Origin: a virus
Lineage: Duplodnaviria; Caudoviricetes
DNA: 64,000 nt
Reading direction: 5' to 3' (one strand)
Virus record (IMG/VR): IMGVR_UViG_3300009945_000011
Location: 1 to 64,000 of that record
A program made the translations under genes and the position numbers. Of this stretch, positions 28,554 to 38,359 are shown piece after piece. The number at the start of each line of letters is the position of its first letter. The first letter of the stretch is position 1. The notes under the pieces were generated by a model that saw only the letters and a list, made by a program, of their open reading frames with translations, was not told the origin of the DNA and searched no databases.

Positions 28554-28579
28554 CCTTCACATATTGCCTGCACAGGCAT

Positions 28580-29335
28580 CTAGATATACGGCATGACAAA
28601 GTACTTATCCCCACGAATGGATACAACCCTGAAGCCATGCAGAAGAAGCAACCACGCCGTTTGATAAAACTGCCTTACTAGGTGCTGAGTTCCAAGTACA
28701 TCACGAAGTACCGTCTCGCAAATAATATGATTTGCTGTGTATTCGGCCATCGCTTCCAAAACGCGGCCACTGAACTCGCTCTTGTGCGCATTAACTCTTG
28801 CATCGACTTCCCTGCTGATTTCTAAGCACGCCCCCGAGACCAAAGCTAATTCAATCTCTTTTCCAAGGAACGCTCTCATGTGCACCCTGCCACCACAGCA
28901 GTCCTCATCCTCCTGTATGATGGCGTATTCATCATCGAACCCAATGATTACGACATCAGAGCGATCGGGAAACTGGCGCGTACGAGCCATGAAGAGGCGC
29001 GGTACAAGCTCATTGACCAGGCTCTTCGCATCGGTCCACCACTGCGGTTCTTTTACTTTCCGCAACAACCTGGCCTTTTTCGGGAACAGAACACGCAAGG
29101 TCTCGGTTCCGCTATAGAAATCAGCGTAGGCTGGGAACGTAGCCTCAGCCTCATACACATCAGATGAGAAATCTATAAACCTATCCCAAACACCCCTCCA
29201 TGAGGTGAGCCACACTTCATGCTCATGCGGCACAAACCAGAGCTTGCTTGCTTCAACCTGTCCTGGCCGAGGAACGGTGCTCACAAGCGGAACAACGGCA
29301 AGCAGTGGTTCGTCATGCGCCATGATCGTTGACAC
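28580..29335 (-). CDS. Hypothetical protein
   Basis: 251 aa ORF in operon. Confidence 0.65.
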   Translation of the reverse strand: MSTIMAHDEPLLAVVPLVSTVPRPGQVEASKLWFVPHEHEVWLTSWRGVWDRFIDFSSDVYEAEATFPAYADFYSGTETLRVLFPKKARLLRKVKEPQWWTDAKSLVNELVPRLFMARTRQFPDRSDVVIIGFDDEYAIIQEDEDCCGGRVHMRAFLGKEIELALVSGACLEISREVDARVNAHKSEFSGRVLEAMAEYTANHIICETVLRDVLGTQHLVRQFYQTAWLLLLHGFRVVSIRGDKYFVMPYI

Positions 29336-29361
29336 ACGCGCACTCCTCGGATAGCCGCTCT

Positions 29362-29754
29362 TTAGATTCTGCTAACGAGCAAGGAAGCATTATCAAAGTG
29401 ATAACAAAGCTGTACTTCTTGTGTACCCCCGTCGTCACTCTCCTGGTTCGTAACAATTCTCCCCCACGCTACAGTAATACAGTGATCACAAAATCCACGC
29501 ACAAAGGGAATACCTGGACCAGAACAATTTAGGAGTGCGTCCTCATCAATAAACTCAGAAACCACAAAATCATGACCATGATCAGCAAGTTGTTCTTTGA
29601 GGTTCGAGAACATCTCTCTGACACAGTGTACAAACGATTTGGCAAGTTCAGGAGAAAACTGGGTCCCAGGAGGAATATGCAAAGCAGTCGTGCCCATGAC
29701 TTCATTGTTGTCGTATACTACAACATCTTGGTTTCTTGTCTTTGTTTTCGCCAT
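29362..29754 (-). CDS. Hypothetical protein
   Basis: AAAGGTG SD. Confidence 0.65.
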   Translation of the reverse strand: MAKTKTRNQDVVVYDNNEVMGTTALHIPPGTQFSPELAKSFVHCVREMFSNLKEQLADHGHDFVVSEFIDEDALLNCSGPGIPFVRGFCDHCITVAWGRIVTNQESDDGGTQEVQLCYHFDNASLLVSRI

Positions 29755-29767
29755 GCTTCACCTTTCT

Positions 29768-30412
29768 TTAGCTCGCGGCGAGCCGATCTGCGGCAAATTT
29801 CAAGCCATCAAGAGATAGATTCGCAACACAAACGTCGGCAGTGATCATATCAACTTCCGTCTCGCTGCGGTGCGATAAGATGCGTTCGAGCGCATCAATA
29901 TCATGCTTGGTGGTCGGCGGGTACTTGATGCCAAGCTCCCTGGCAACACTCCGTCTCCGCTCGTCTTCGTCTCGTACCACCTTCACCAGGAAAAACCCAG
30001 CACGTTGCAAGGCATCAGCTTCATTCAAGAACCTCACATCATCGCAAACGATGTTCTGACCCTTGTTGTCAGCAACTTGGTTCAAAAAGAGTTGTACCCA
30101 AAAGTCTGTGTTCCCCAGAACATCGCGGCAAAGATCGGTACCGACACCTTGCAGAAACCACCTAAGTTTCTGCTTGTTCTTTTCGAGGTCGTCCAACGTA
30201 AACCACGGTTCCTGGCCACCTTGTTGCAGGAAGAAATTGATCATATCCACTGACATTTGCTTCAAGGCATCGGCAAGTGCGATACGCCTGAATCCGTGGT
30301 CATTGACCAGGAAAGACGCAAGCGCCGTCTTCCCACTATGTTGCTTACCGCAGATCGCAATTCGACGCCCGCTCGATAATCTCGCTGTAGATGATCCATC
30401 GGCAAACATCAT
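29768..30412 (-). CDS. Deoxynucleoside monophosphate kinase 2
   Basis: ICGKQHSGKT, LADALK, LQGVGTD, DDVRFLNE, HRSE. Confidence 0.88.
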   Translation of the reverse strand: MMFADGSSTARLSSGRRIAICGKQHSGKTALASFLVNDHGFRRIALADALKQMSVDMINFFLQQGGQEPWFTLDDLEKNKQKLRWFLQGVGTDLCRDVLGNTDFWVQLFLNQVADNKGQNIVCDDVRFLNEADALQRAGFFLVKVVRDEDERRRSVARELGIKYPPTTKHDIDALERILSHRSETEVDMITADVCVANLSLDGLKFAADRLAAS

Positions 30413-30563
30413 GCGTCTCTCTCAAGCTTCCTTCACGAATCGCTTGATGAACTTTGCTCGTTGGATCTAATACTTCTCTTCGCACGAGGTCACGTAATCA
30501 GCAAGTTCCTGCTGTGACACCGTGGTAGCAACACCTCCACGTCTCCTGGCTCGCTTCGCTGTC

Positions 30564-31286
30564 CTAGAACGGCGGCTCATCGTGTTCACCATCTTCTTGC
30601 TTGTCCACGCCATCCTTGAGCGCCGTGATCAACTTGGTGGCGTCGCGACGGTCAAGCTGGTCAACACCCTTGCCGAAAAGGGAACGAACATAGGCATCAA
30701 GCTCTGCCTTGGAACTCAGGCCGTTGTTCTTGGCAAGCATGGCAATGTACTGCCGCTGCTTATCCGACAGCGCTTGCGCTTGCGCCGTTTTCTCGTAGGC
30801 ATCGCCCCGAGCCAGAGCCGAGACAACTTCCTCACCATTCGCGAAGCTTTCGGCTTCACCAAACCCAGCAGCACTGAGTGCGCGGCCAGCCGCATCGGTC
30901 GCAGCCTTCTCTAGCGGCCTCGTGCGTTCCGATGAGCGCGGGCTAAGCGCATTCCAGGCATCGGAACCCTCACGCGGCGACTTTGCCCAGCCATCAAACT
31001 CGTTGATCAACAAGCACCTCGCCAAGTCTCTCGCGATTTCCTCACCACACTCCTCACGAATTCGCTTGACCGTCTCGATGTGGGTTGGATTGAACACCGA
31101 TGCCGTTGCGCGAAACGTGATCCAATCATCATCATGATCCACAATCTCAACACGCATGCCGATAAGCTGGTTTGACTCGTGAGCAAGAATATAGCGGCCA
31201 TTGACCGTCAAGTAATCCTTGCCCTCAAGCTTGATAACGAGATTTCTCTTCCGAAAGTCCTCTTTGTCGTACGTCAGTTGTGGCAC
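30564..31286 (-). CDS. Rad52/Sak-like single-strand annealing protein (putative)
   Basis: KDYLTVNGR...FRATA...EKAATDAAGRAL..AGFG; C-terminal 'LSDKQRQYI...ATKLI'; AAGGAGG SD + GTG 31286. Confidence 0.65.
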   Translation of the reverse strand: MPQLTYDKEDFRKRNLVIKLEGKDYLTVNGRYILAHESNQLIGMRVEIVDHDDDWITFRATASVFNPTHIETVKRIREECGEEIARDLARCLLINEFDGWAKSPREGSDAWNALSPRSSERTRPLEKAATDAAGRALSAAGFGEAESFANGEEVVSALARGDAYEKTAQAQALSDKQRQYIAMLAKNNGLSSKAELDAYVRSLFGKGVDQLDRRDATKLITALKDGVDKQEDGEHDEPPF

Positions 31287-31696
31287 AAAGTCCTCCTTCG
31301 CTGTTTCGAAATTGCCCTCGCATATTCTATCGTCACGAAGTGCCAGTACTGTTCCCACTCACTCTATCGTCATAACCAGGGCATGCTGTTCCCTTGCTGT
31401 GTTGCCTATACGCCCCCGTGAGACTACTCAATCTCGTTGTGAGACGTCTCATGGCACTACCAGTTGCGCGTTGAGACACGAACGTATCTATATCCTGTGG
31501 TGTTATCGAACTGGATTAGCACAACATCTTGTATGCCTCTGTGACGCATTGTAGAGCCCGTAGAGCCACGATTTCTTCTCACGAATGTAATAATACTTGT
31601 GAGGGGTGTTTCGCGGCTCTGAGAGCCTTTGGTGACCTCTGAGAGGCATTCTAGAACACGTGTGCGGCCACACATTTTGCGGTGGTGTACGAACCC

Positions 31697-32140
31697 TCTC
31701 CTTCTCTCCTCTCGTGTCTCTCTCTTCTCTCTTCTCTCTCTTCCCCCTCTTTTCCCTTCCTTCCCCTCTTTACTCCCCTTCTATCCCTATACTCCCTATA
31801 CTCTCTTATCTCTCTACTCTCTCTATACTCTTCTCTTATTCTCTCCCTTCGGTATATTATATATATATATATACTAGTTATATAATACTAGTAGTACTTA
31901 GTATACGGTATTAGGTATATCTTGCGCTATTAAGTAACTTAAGCTAATCCGTAATTAGTAATTAACGGTAGATTAAATACTTACTCGTAGTACTACAAAA
32001 AATATACTTACCGTAAAAATTAATATACGGTAACAGTATTTACTTACACGTAATTACTAATAAACTAAATTTAACGTATAGTAACTTTACGGTGAAAGTA
32101 ATTACTTATGCGTAAAGTATACTTATGGTATATTAGGGGC
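31697..32140. other. Polypyrimidine tract followed by a ~25% GC TA-rich tract; candidate replication origin
   Basis: 31697-31850 almost only C/T; 31850-32135 about 20-30% GC by line counts versus ~50% elsewhere; repeated TACGGTA/TACCGTA. Confidence 0.5.
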
Positions 32141-32253
32141 TTAGAGCGATGTTTCCCAACCAGGCCCACGTTCCCCAGACAAGCTTAGCCTCCGCGCTCC
32201 TGAGCAACATTCCGATCACCAACGCTTCTCTTGCGAGCGAAACCAAACACTCA

Positions 32254-32295
32254 TTAACCAAAACCTTATTTAACCAAAATATTCTTTAACCAAAA
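32254..32295 (+). repeat. Three TTAACCAAAA direct repeats with exact 16-bp period (iteron-like)
   Basis: Copies start at 32254, 32270 and 32286. Confidence 0.75.
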
Positions 32296-32465
32296 CATAC
32301 AATACCACCACCATCATATACCCCTGGTAGGTATTGCCGACAGTACCAACCGTCGCCGTCGAAAGTGCTGGGCAAAACAAGGGTACCGCCGCCCGTGTTA
32401 CTGAGCGGCAGGTACCAGGCGAGGTTCTATTTGTGCTCAGCGTACAAATACAATCACGGGAGAGA

Positions 32466-32918
32466 CTAGCGCCCGAGATAGGCGTAGAGGAGGTTTACGT
32501 CGAGTTTCCAGCCAGTTATCCGCCGCAACTTCGAAAGCTCTTTCCTGACTCGTGGCTGGCAGCCAGATTTCCCAGCGAGAATCTGGCGCATGATTTGTAC
32601 CATGAGCACAATGGCCCTCTGCTGGTGCGGCGTGCCGTTTTCATAGAGGTGCTTGATCTCCGCGAACGAGGCAAGCTGCTCTTCGACGGCATCGAAGTCA
32701 TGGTCCTCCTGGCATGGATTGAGTTCGTTCACGTCCAGAAACAGCGCGGATTCTGGGGTGATCCTGGTAATAGACGAGCGCCTGTATTGCTTGCGAAGCT
32801 CGTCCTTGTACGCGAATTCCCATGCTTTCTTTGCGATATCCTCATGCTGGTCAAGGATGTCTGAGAAGTCCCCGTCAATGGTTCCCAGGTCTCTCCTGAG
32901 CCGAATGAACGCCCGCAT
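32466..32918 (-). CDS. Hypothetical protein
   Basis: AGGAGG SD before ATG 32918. Confidence 0.6.
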   Translation of the reverse strand: MRAFIRLRRDLGTIDGDFSDILDQHEDIAKKAWEFAYKDELRKQYRRSSITRITPESALFLDVNELNPCQEDHDFDAVEEQLASFAEIKHLYENGTPHQQRAIVLMVQIMRQILAGKSGCQPRVRKELSKLRRITGWKLDVNLLYAYLGR

Positions 32919-33029
32919 GGCTGCCTCCTGCCTGATGTCTGGAGCCCACTTGCTCGCGGGTTGTGCTGATTCAACCTTTGGTGACGTGTGATGACAGAGA
33001 ATACGACCGATACTCCGTGGCATATCCCG

Positions 33030-33413
33030 CTAGCTCCCTGCCAATATTTGTTCAACCTGCTTAGCCATCATGATTTCGTGATCTGTTGCGTAAGCGGTGA
33101 AGAAGAATCTGTTGCTTGCGAAGGCCAGGACAAGGAGGCGTGTCTCTGGATGTTGTGTTACCCTGGTAATATACCCAGTGTTGTTGCGTGCTACTACATA
33201 TAGTGTATCTGTGTCGAGTGCCTGGCGCTGCATGTATGTGCTGCGAGACACGATAAGATACTTGGTGCATGCTTGCTGGATATCAATTGAGAATACCGTG
33301 TTGTCGTAGAAATTGAGTTCTCTCCGCTGGCTTTCTGTGATTGAGCACGGGAGGAACTGATTTTCCATAATCATGATTGAATGTGAGATAGCACCGCGCA
33401 CGATCTCATTCAT
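33030..33413 (-). CDS. Hypothetical protein
   Basis: GGGAG SD; overlaps the upstream stop. Confidence 0.55.
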   Translation of the reverse strand: MNEIVRGAISHSIMIMENQFLPCSITESQRRELNFYDNTVFSIDIQQACTKYLIVSRSTYMQRQALDTDTLYVVARNNTGYITRVTQHPETRLLVLAFASNRFFFTAYATDHEIMMAKQVEQILAGS

Positions 33414-34068
33414 GATAATGGACTCCCATCGTGTTCTTTTGTTGATGACGAACACGCCCCTTCCACACAATTTTGAAGGTTTCGTTGGTCATCAGGTATG
33501 TGATTGTTGTTGCCATCAAGAGGTCGTGACGAGGGATGTCACCATGGTCTTTGATGTACCCAGCTATGAAGAACAGGGATTCTTCATTGACGTTCCCCCC
33601 GATTATCTTGGTTGTGACGTACGATACGATTTCACAGATGATTTCGTTTCGGAACGATGGCAGGCACTCGTTGTAGCGATGTTCGTAGTGATGAAGAACA
33701 TGATGTGTTAGCTCGTGAGCAATGGTGTTGAATAATTGCCCGCTCGGAAGATGGCCATCAACGATGATGAGTCCTGATGCGCTCTCATACAAACCGAACC
33801 CGTGATTGAGCCCCAGTGGTTGTCGGCATTCGCACGGTGCCTCTTTGTGCCCGCACTTTTTGATGATGACTTTGGTTCCGAGCTCACAAGCGAGTTTCGT
33901 TAGTCCCCTGATGTACTCTCTTCGGATTGGGGCTGTTATTCTGTAGTGTGTGTCGCCGCTTTCCTCATAACCATCGTCGAGTTCTGGTATTCGTGACAGG
34001 CTGTCATGATAGGCACGGGTGACTTCTTCTCGTACTACGGATTTTCTGACAAAAGGGTACCTAATCAT
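33406..34068 (-). CDS. ImmA/IrrE- or ArdC-like zinc metallopeptidase
   Basis: NTIAHELTH (HExxH) plus downstream EIICE acidic ligand motif. Confidence 0.75.
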   Translation of the reverse strand: MIRYPFVRKSVVREEVTRAYHDSLSRIPELDDGYEESGDTHYRITAPIRREYIRGLTKLACELGTKVIIKKCGHKEAPCECRQPLGLNHGFGLYESASGLIIVDGHLPSGQLFNTIAHELTHHVLHHYEHRYNECLPSFRNEIICEIVSYVTTKIIGGNVNEESLFFIAGYIKDHGDIPRHDLLMATTITYLMTNETFKIVWKGRVRHQQKNTMGVHYHE

Positions 34069-34108
34069 GCTTCCCCCCAGCATGAGCTAGTTGACTATTC
34101 GCCTGTTA

Positions 34109-34822
34109 TTACAGCCTTGGTGGTGCGAGGACGATTGGTGTCCCCTTCCGCTGCCCGATCAAGACGTGCCCGCGTTTGAGGACGTCCCAGCACCGCAGAA
34201 TAGTTTTGACAGTGTTGCTGTCAATACCAGTCTCACCACAAATGAATATGGATGTTCCGTATGAGTATGCAAGGATGGCGTATGATTCCTGCATGGCCAC
34301 AAGGTCATGCTTGCGCAGGAAACTGCTGTCACTTGCTTCTAGCCCGTTGTGGATATTGTTCCTGACAACTGGCGCTGCTACCGCTGCAACGCGCCGATAG
34401 GGAGACTTTCTCAGCGCCTCACCAACCGCTGAGGCGAGGGTTGTAAATGGATGGATGGTTCCGATTCTGTCGGTGATGATCCAGTCATCCCTGGCGGGCT
34501 CCGTGAAGTGGAAAAAACGGATGGTTGCCGTTTCGTTGAGGACGAAGTTACGGAATGCCCGTAACCATTTTGGTTCGTATGGTTCGATAAGCCTGGCTCG
34601 TCCACAGGTGACTTCGGTCTCCGTCTCGGAGAAGATCGTTTCGCCCCTGGCGTACCAAATTTGGTTGTCAACCGCCTGGACATAGTGGAACGGCCTAGCG
34701 GTGAGTTCGAGACCTGGATAGATTGATTCGATCTGCTGGCCTGGTGGTGGCCAGTAGAGGTTATCGCCATGGAGACTTCTCCCTGTCTTGTCGAGTACCT
34801 TGAAGCCTATGGCCTTGCTCAT
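34109..34822 (-). CDS. Phage hypothetical protein
   Basis: 237 aa ORF; 14-bp palindrome directly upstream. Confidence 0.65.
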   Translation of the reverse strand: MSKAIGFKVLDKTGRSLHGDNLYWPPPGQQIESIYPGLELTARPFHYVQAVDNQIWYARGETIFSETETEVTCGRARLIEPYEPKWLRAFRNFVLNETATIRFFHFTEPARDDWIITDRIGTIHPFTTLASAVGEALRKSPYRRVAAVAAPVVRNNIHNGLEASDSSFLRKHDLVAMQESYAILAYSYGTSIFICGETGIDSNTVKTILRCWDVLKRGHVLIGQRKGTPIVLAPPRL

Positions 34823-34839
34823 TGCCGTGCCTGCGCAGG

Positions 34840-35184
34840 CTAATTTTTCATGATGATTGGTTGTGAGATCGGGATACCGTATTGTTCTTGCCTGGCCATC
34901 TCATCGGCGATTCTGTGAATGACCTGCCTGAGGATGTGTCTACTTGGCCAGCGTTCTTGGTAGCGGCCATCTGGCGTTCGGTAAATGCTTGTGATGCCTT
35001 TGAGGATTCTGCTGTAGCGGATTCCGATGAGGAGGGTTTCATCCTCTTGCTCCTGCTCACTTTCCTCAAGGTTCACGCGAAGAAACGAACCAGGTAAGTC
35101 GGTCTCACCGTTTGGGGCTGGCAGGTACCCCCATTCGGCAGTGAAATGCGCGTCCTCGATGTGGAAGTTATAGCGCCGTAGCAT
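34840..35184 (-). CDS. Hypothetical protein
   Basis: AGGAGGG SD. Confidence 0.65.
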   Translation of the reverse strand: MLRRYNFHIEDAHFTAEWGYLPAPNGETDLPGSFLRVNLEESEQEQEDETLLIGIRYSRILKGITSIYRTPDGRYQERWPSRHILRQVIHRIADEMARQEQYGIPISQPIIMKN

Positions 35185-35245
35185 GATCCCCTCCTGTAGA
35201 ACACGTGTTCTCATTCTACCACGCCCTGCCTAGGATGCAATGTGG

Positions 35246-35548
35246 TTATTCAATCACCCATCCCTCGGCTTTCCAGGCGTTCTGGTGCCCGCTTGGGAGG
35301 ATAGCGCGAACGATAGCACCCCGTGCTCCGTCACCAAAGACGACCTTGATGTTGTGTTTCGCCAGCACGTCTTTGATGATCTCCATTGACTTCTTCTCGG
35401 CCTTGAGTTCCTGGCTAGTGAGTGGCCGAGAGACAATCCGCCGCAAGCGGCCAAGACGCCGAGCATGCCAGCACACAAGCTCGACTTCTTGGAACGTTAG
35501 CCCGTTGACCATCAAGACTCCACATGTCTCTGGATCAATTTTGCTCAT
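35246..35548 (-). CDS. Hypothetical protein
   Basis: ATGA overlap with the upstream gene. Confidence 0.6.
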   Translation of the reverse strand: MSKIDPETCGVLMVNGLTFQEVELVCWHARRLGRLRRIVSRPLTSQELKAEKKSMEIIKDVLAKHNIKVVFGDGARGAIVRAILPSGHQNAWKAEGWVIE

Positions 35549-36345
35549 TTGTCCCCCAGGAGAATCTTGATACAAGCATCAAGCTGTTTCTTTATTGTCC
35601 CAGCCATGTCCTTGTCTTCGAGGAGTGCGTAGGAGATGAGACCGTGTAGCCCGCGGTAAAACTGGACGCTGTTGCTAGTGTGTCTTGTGCTAGCTGATTG
35701 TAAGCGTGTGAAGGTGTCGAACAAGCATTTGATGGAACTGGCGTACTTTCGCTCCTTCTTGGCCGACAGGTGGATAGCATCGAGTAAATCGTTTTGTCCA
35801 AGGCCGCTGATTACTGCCCTTTGACTGTCGCTAGCCTTGATTATTGCCTGGCAAAGGGAAACGGTTTGTTGCCACCAGGGTTGATATGGTGCTTCCTCCA
35901 TGATCGTGAATTGTGGGCAGGCGTAGTAGTACGTGGCTTCCAGCCCCCGTTGCTCCCTGACCGCGACACAGGAGCCAGCGTGCTCGATCCTATGAAGCCG
36001 ATCGAGGAACGACATGCCATATTCCCAGGCTCTCTCGTAGGCAAAAAGCTTGTTCGTGGTGTTACTAGGCACTGCCTCCATCCCTGCGTAGCTGGTTGCC
36101 TCTGGTGACGGCACGATCGCGTAGATTGGCATCTCAACGTTGTAGGGAGGACTTTCGTAAAAATAAGCACCCTCAGATCTGAGTGGCTGGATGTGCTCTA
36201 TTGTTGTGATCATCGGCTTATCAATGGCAGGCCGCCGCGATACCGACGGCCTGATCACAACCGTTTTCGCTCCCAGGAATTTATCCAGGACTGCGGCGTA
36301 GATATGGAGATTGTCTTCGTAGATGACGATCTGATCTTGGAGCAT
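35545..36345 (-). CDS. Hypothetical protein
   Basis: 266 aa ORF in operon. Confidence 0.65.
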   Translation of the reverse strand: MLQDQIVIYEDNLHIYAAVLDKFLGAKTVVIRPSVSRRPAIDKPMITTIEHIQPLRSEGAYFYESPPYNVEMPIYAIVPSPEATSYAGMEAVPSNTTNKLFAYERAWEYGMSFLDRLHRIEHAGSCVAVREQRGLEATYYYACPQFTIMEEAPYQPWWQQTVSLCQAIIKASDSQRAVISGLGQNDLLDAIHLSAKKERKYASSIKCLFDTFTRLQSASTRHTSNSVQFYRGLHGLISYALLEDKDMAGTIKKQLDACIKILLGDK

Positions 36346-36349
36346 CGTG

Positions 36350-36952
36350 TCACCCTACGCGATACGAATCCCGCCGCTTGTAGAGCGGTTCAATCTCGTG
36401 TCCCTTGACATCAATAAGCGTTGTTATGCTGTCGAGATAATTTCCGCTATCGTTCTGAACAGTGAGCACGAGGTACTTGTCGTAAACATCGAGCCTGGTG
36501 GTGACGAAGTCATTTATTGATTTTCTGTTCTTGGATGTAACCTTTTTGAAGTCAAGGATTGTATCGAGAAGCTTCTTCATTCCCTTAGCATCAACGTAAA
36601 CCGAAGCGCTGGGTTTTTCATTTGGCATGATGCATGTTGGGTCCACAACATCCTTGTCAAGGACCTTGACGTTGACTTGCCGCTGGAATGAACGGCTGGA
36701 GATGGTGATCACACCATCCTCCTTGATCGTGGCCTCGCTATCGGTCGTTGTGCCTCTGGTGGCATCAATGACGCCGTACTGGTCGAGGACGAATGGCTTT
36801 TCAGTTACGTAGTCTGTGCTGATAAAGTGAAACCCGTCTGATGCAAAGACTTTCTTTTTGGTGAAGAATACGCCGTAGATGCCTGGTTTTCTATGCTCAA
36901 AGTCTGGATAGATGCAGCTTGCGATGTGCTTGAGAACATTTGCGAGCATCAT
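36350..36952 (-). CDS. Beta-sliding-clamp-like protein (partial DnaN fold), paralog 1
   Basis: GVFF...VFASDGFH...DP..IMP...SVYVDAK.MKKLLD resembles DnaN 'vATDghRL...PdY..vip' segments. Confidence 0.45.
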   Translation of the reverse strand: MMLANVLKHIASCIYPDFEHRKPGIYGVFFTKKKVFASDGFHFISTDYVTEKPFVLDQYGVIDATRGTTTDSEATIKEDGVITISSRSFQRQVNVKVLDKDVVDPTCIMPNEKPSASVYVDAKGMKKLLDTILDFKKVTSKNRKSINDFVTTRLDVYDKYLVLTVQNDSGNYLDSITTLIDVKGHEIEPLYKRRDSYRVG

Positions 36953-36965
36953 ATCTCCTTCCTGC

Positions 36966-37262
36966 TTATCTGATCGTTCCGAGATACGATTCGATATCGA
37001 GCCAGAGGTCTGATGCCTCAAGTTCGCATTCGGGACAGGTGACTCCTTTCGTTATGGTTGCGCCGCAAATACGGCATTGCCTCTTCCCAGTGAATCTCTT
37101 GATGATCCTTGGCCGCTTCTCGTCCTCCTGCTCAATGATAATAACACTCGTAAATTTACCGCTGTCCCACAAGGACGTCCCAAGAGTCATAGCATCATGG
37201 AATGTCGTGGTTTCTTTACATTCCGTGGAATTATCCTCCAGGGCCACTACATAAAATACCAT
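36966..37262 (-). CDS. Hypothetical protein with Zn ribbon
   Basis: CRICG...CPEC. Confidence 0.6.
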   Translation of the reverse strand: MVFYVVALEDNSTECKETTTFHDAMTLGTSLWDSGKFTSVIIIEQEDEKRPRIIKRFTGKRQCRICGATITKGVTCPECELEASDLWLDIESYLGTIR

Positions 37263-37447
37263 TGCTGGCTCCCTCTAGAGCAGGTATACTCCTCTTGGTA
37301 ACGGCGGGCAAGTAGAAGGTTGATAGCTTTCCTGTTTTTGTTATCGCTTGTCTCTTCAACGTATTCGAAAAGATTGTCAAGCTCATCCTCAGACAATCGA
37401 GATTGGATCGAGTCCTCGACCTCTCTTATAACGTCGGTGATGTTCAT
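37247..37447 (-). CDS. Hypothetical protein
   Basis: GGAGG SD. Confidence 0.6.
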   Translation of the reverse strand: MNITDVIREVEDSIQSRLSEDELDNLFEYVEETSDNKNRKAINLLLARRYQEEYTCSRGSQQWYFM

Positions 37448-38044
37448 ACTCCAGCACCTCCATAAAGAATGTTATCGAGCGAAGATCGATATGGACTGTA
37501 ACGTCTTCACGAAGGTAGTGTGGTGCGAACGCGCTAAGAATGATTGGTTTGGATTGCCGCTTTAGCCACCTGACGAATCCAACTCTCGATTGGAATGTGA
37601 TCAGCCACTGCCAGTCCTCAATGTCGTTCTCTGGCGATCTCCACGTGGCCACATGGACGTACTTTGCGGAGGTGTGTGGTGCACCCTTTCTGCCAGCGAG
37701 AAGGCACGTGATCGGCTTGGTCTTCCTTCTTTTTTGCGGTCTACCTTCGACCATTGATTTCAACATCTCTTACCCAAAGCTTGGCCTCGTAGACTAGTTG
37801 TTCAGCACGATCTAACACGGGATCGTCAACAGAATCGTAATGATTCAGAATGTTCTCAAGGGCCTCGATGAGGTCCTTGATCATCATCATTTCTTTGTTC
37901 ATCGTAGTCCCCTACTTCAGCAGAGACGTTGCCAGCAGAAAGCTTCCCCACGTAAGTATGATCAAGATGAGTCCCCAGAGGATCGAGATGAGCGACGAAG
38001 AGTTCTTGTGCCCTGTATTCCACCGCATGTCATTCCCTCCTTAT

Positions 38045-38350
38045 TCAAAATTCAGATGCTGTTCGGCACTCCTGGCACCACTGGAATGCGCGATATGATC
38101 CCCAGCTTGAGATAAAACCAACATACTCGCATGAGCGTTGAGAACAACGTGGACACGGCCTTGTTTTGGCAATGGTGTTGTCAATCACGTAGACTTCGTA
38201 GCATGGTACTCCTTCGATGTATCCCTCCTCTGCGAGCAATTCCACAAGTTCCTTGCGACTCTCGATGTCATCATACATCCACTTCCTCCAGCAAGTAGCA
38301 GGGGCGCTAGCTGTTGGGTCTATGCTAGCGCCCCTATAGAAGCGTGTCAA
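38045..38350 (-). CDS. Hypothetical protein with Zn ribbon
   Basis: CPRC...CQEC. Confidence 0.6.
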   Translation of the reverse strand: MTRFYRGASIDPTASAPATCWRKWMYDDIESRKELVELLAEEGYIEGVPCYEVYVIDNTIAKTRPCPRCSQRSCEYVGFISSWGSYRAFQWCQECRTASEF

Positions 38351-38359
38351 GTGACGGTA

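Noticed and set aside
31629-31914. Low-complexity L/S/P/Y-rich ORFs on the + strand
   Set aside because: Artefacts of the polypyrimidine/AT-rich tract; no SD and non-protein-like composition.
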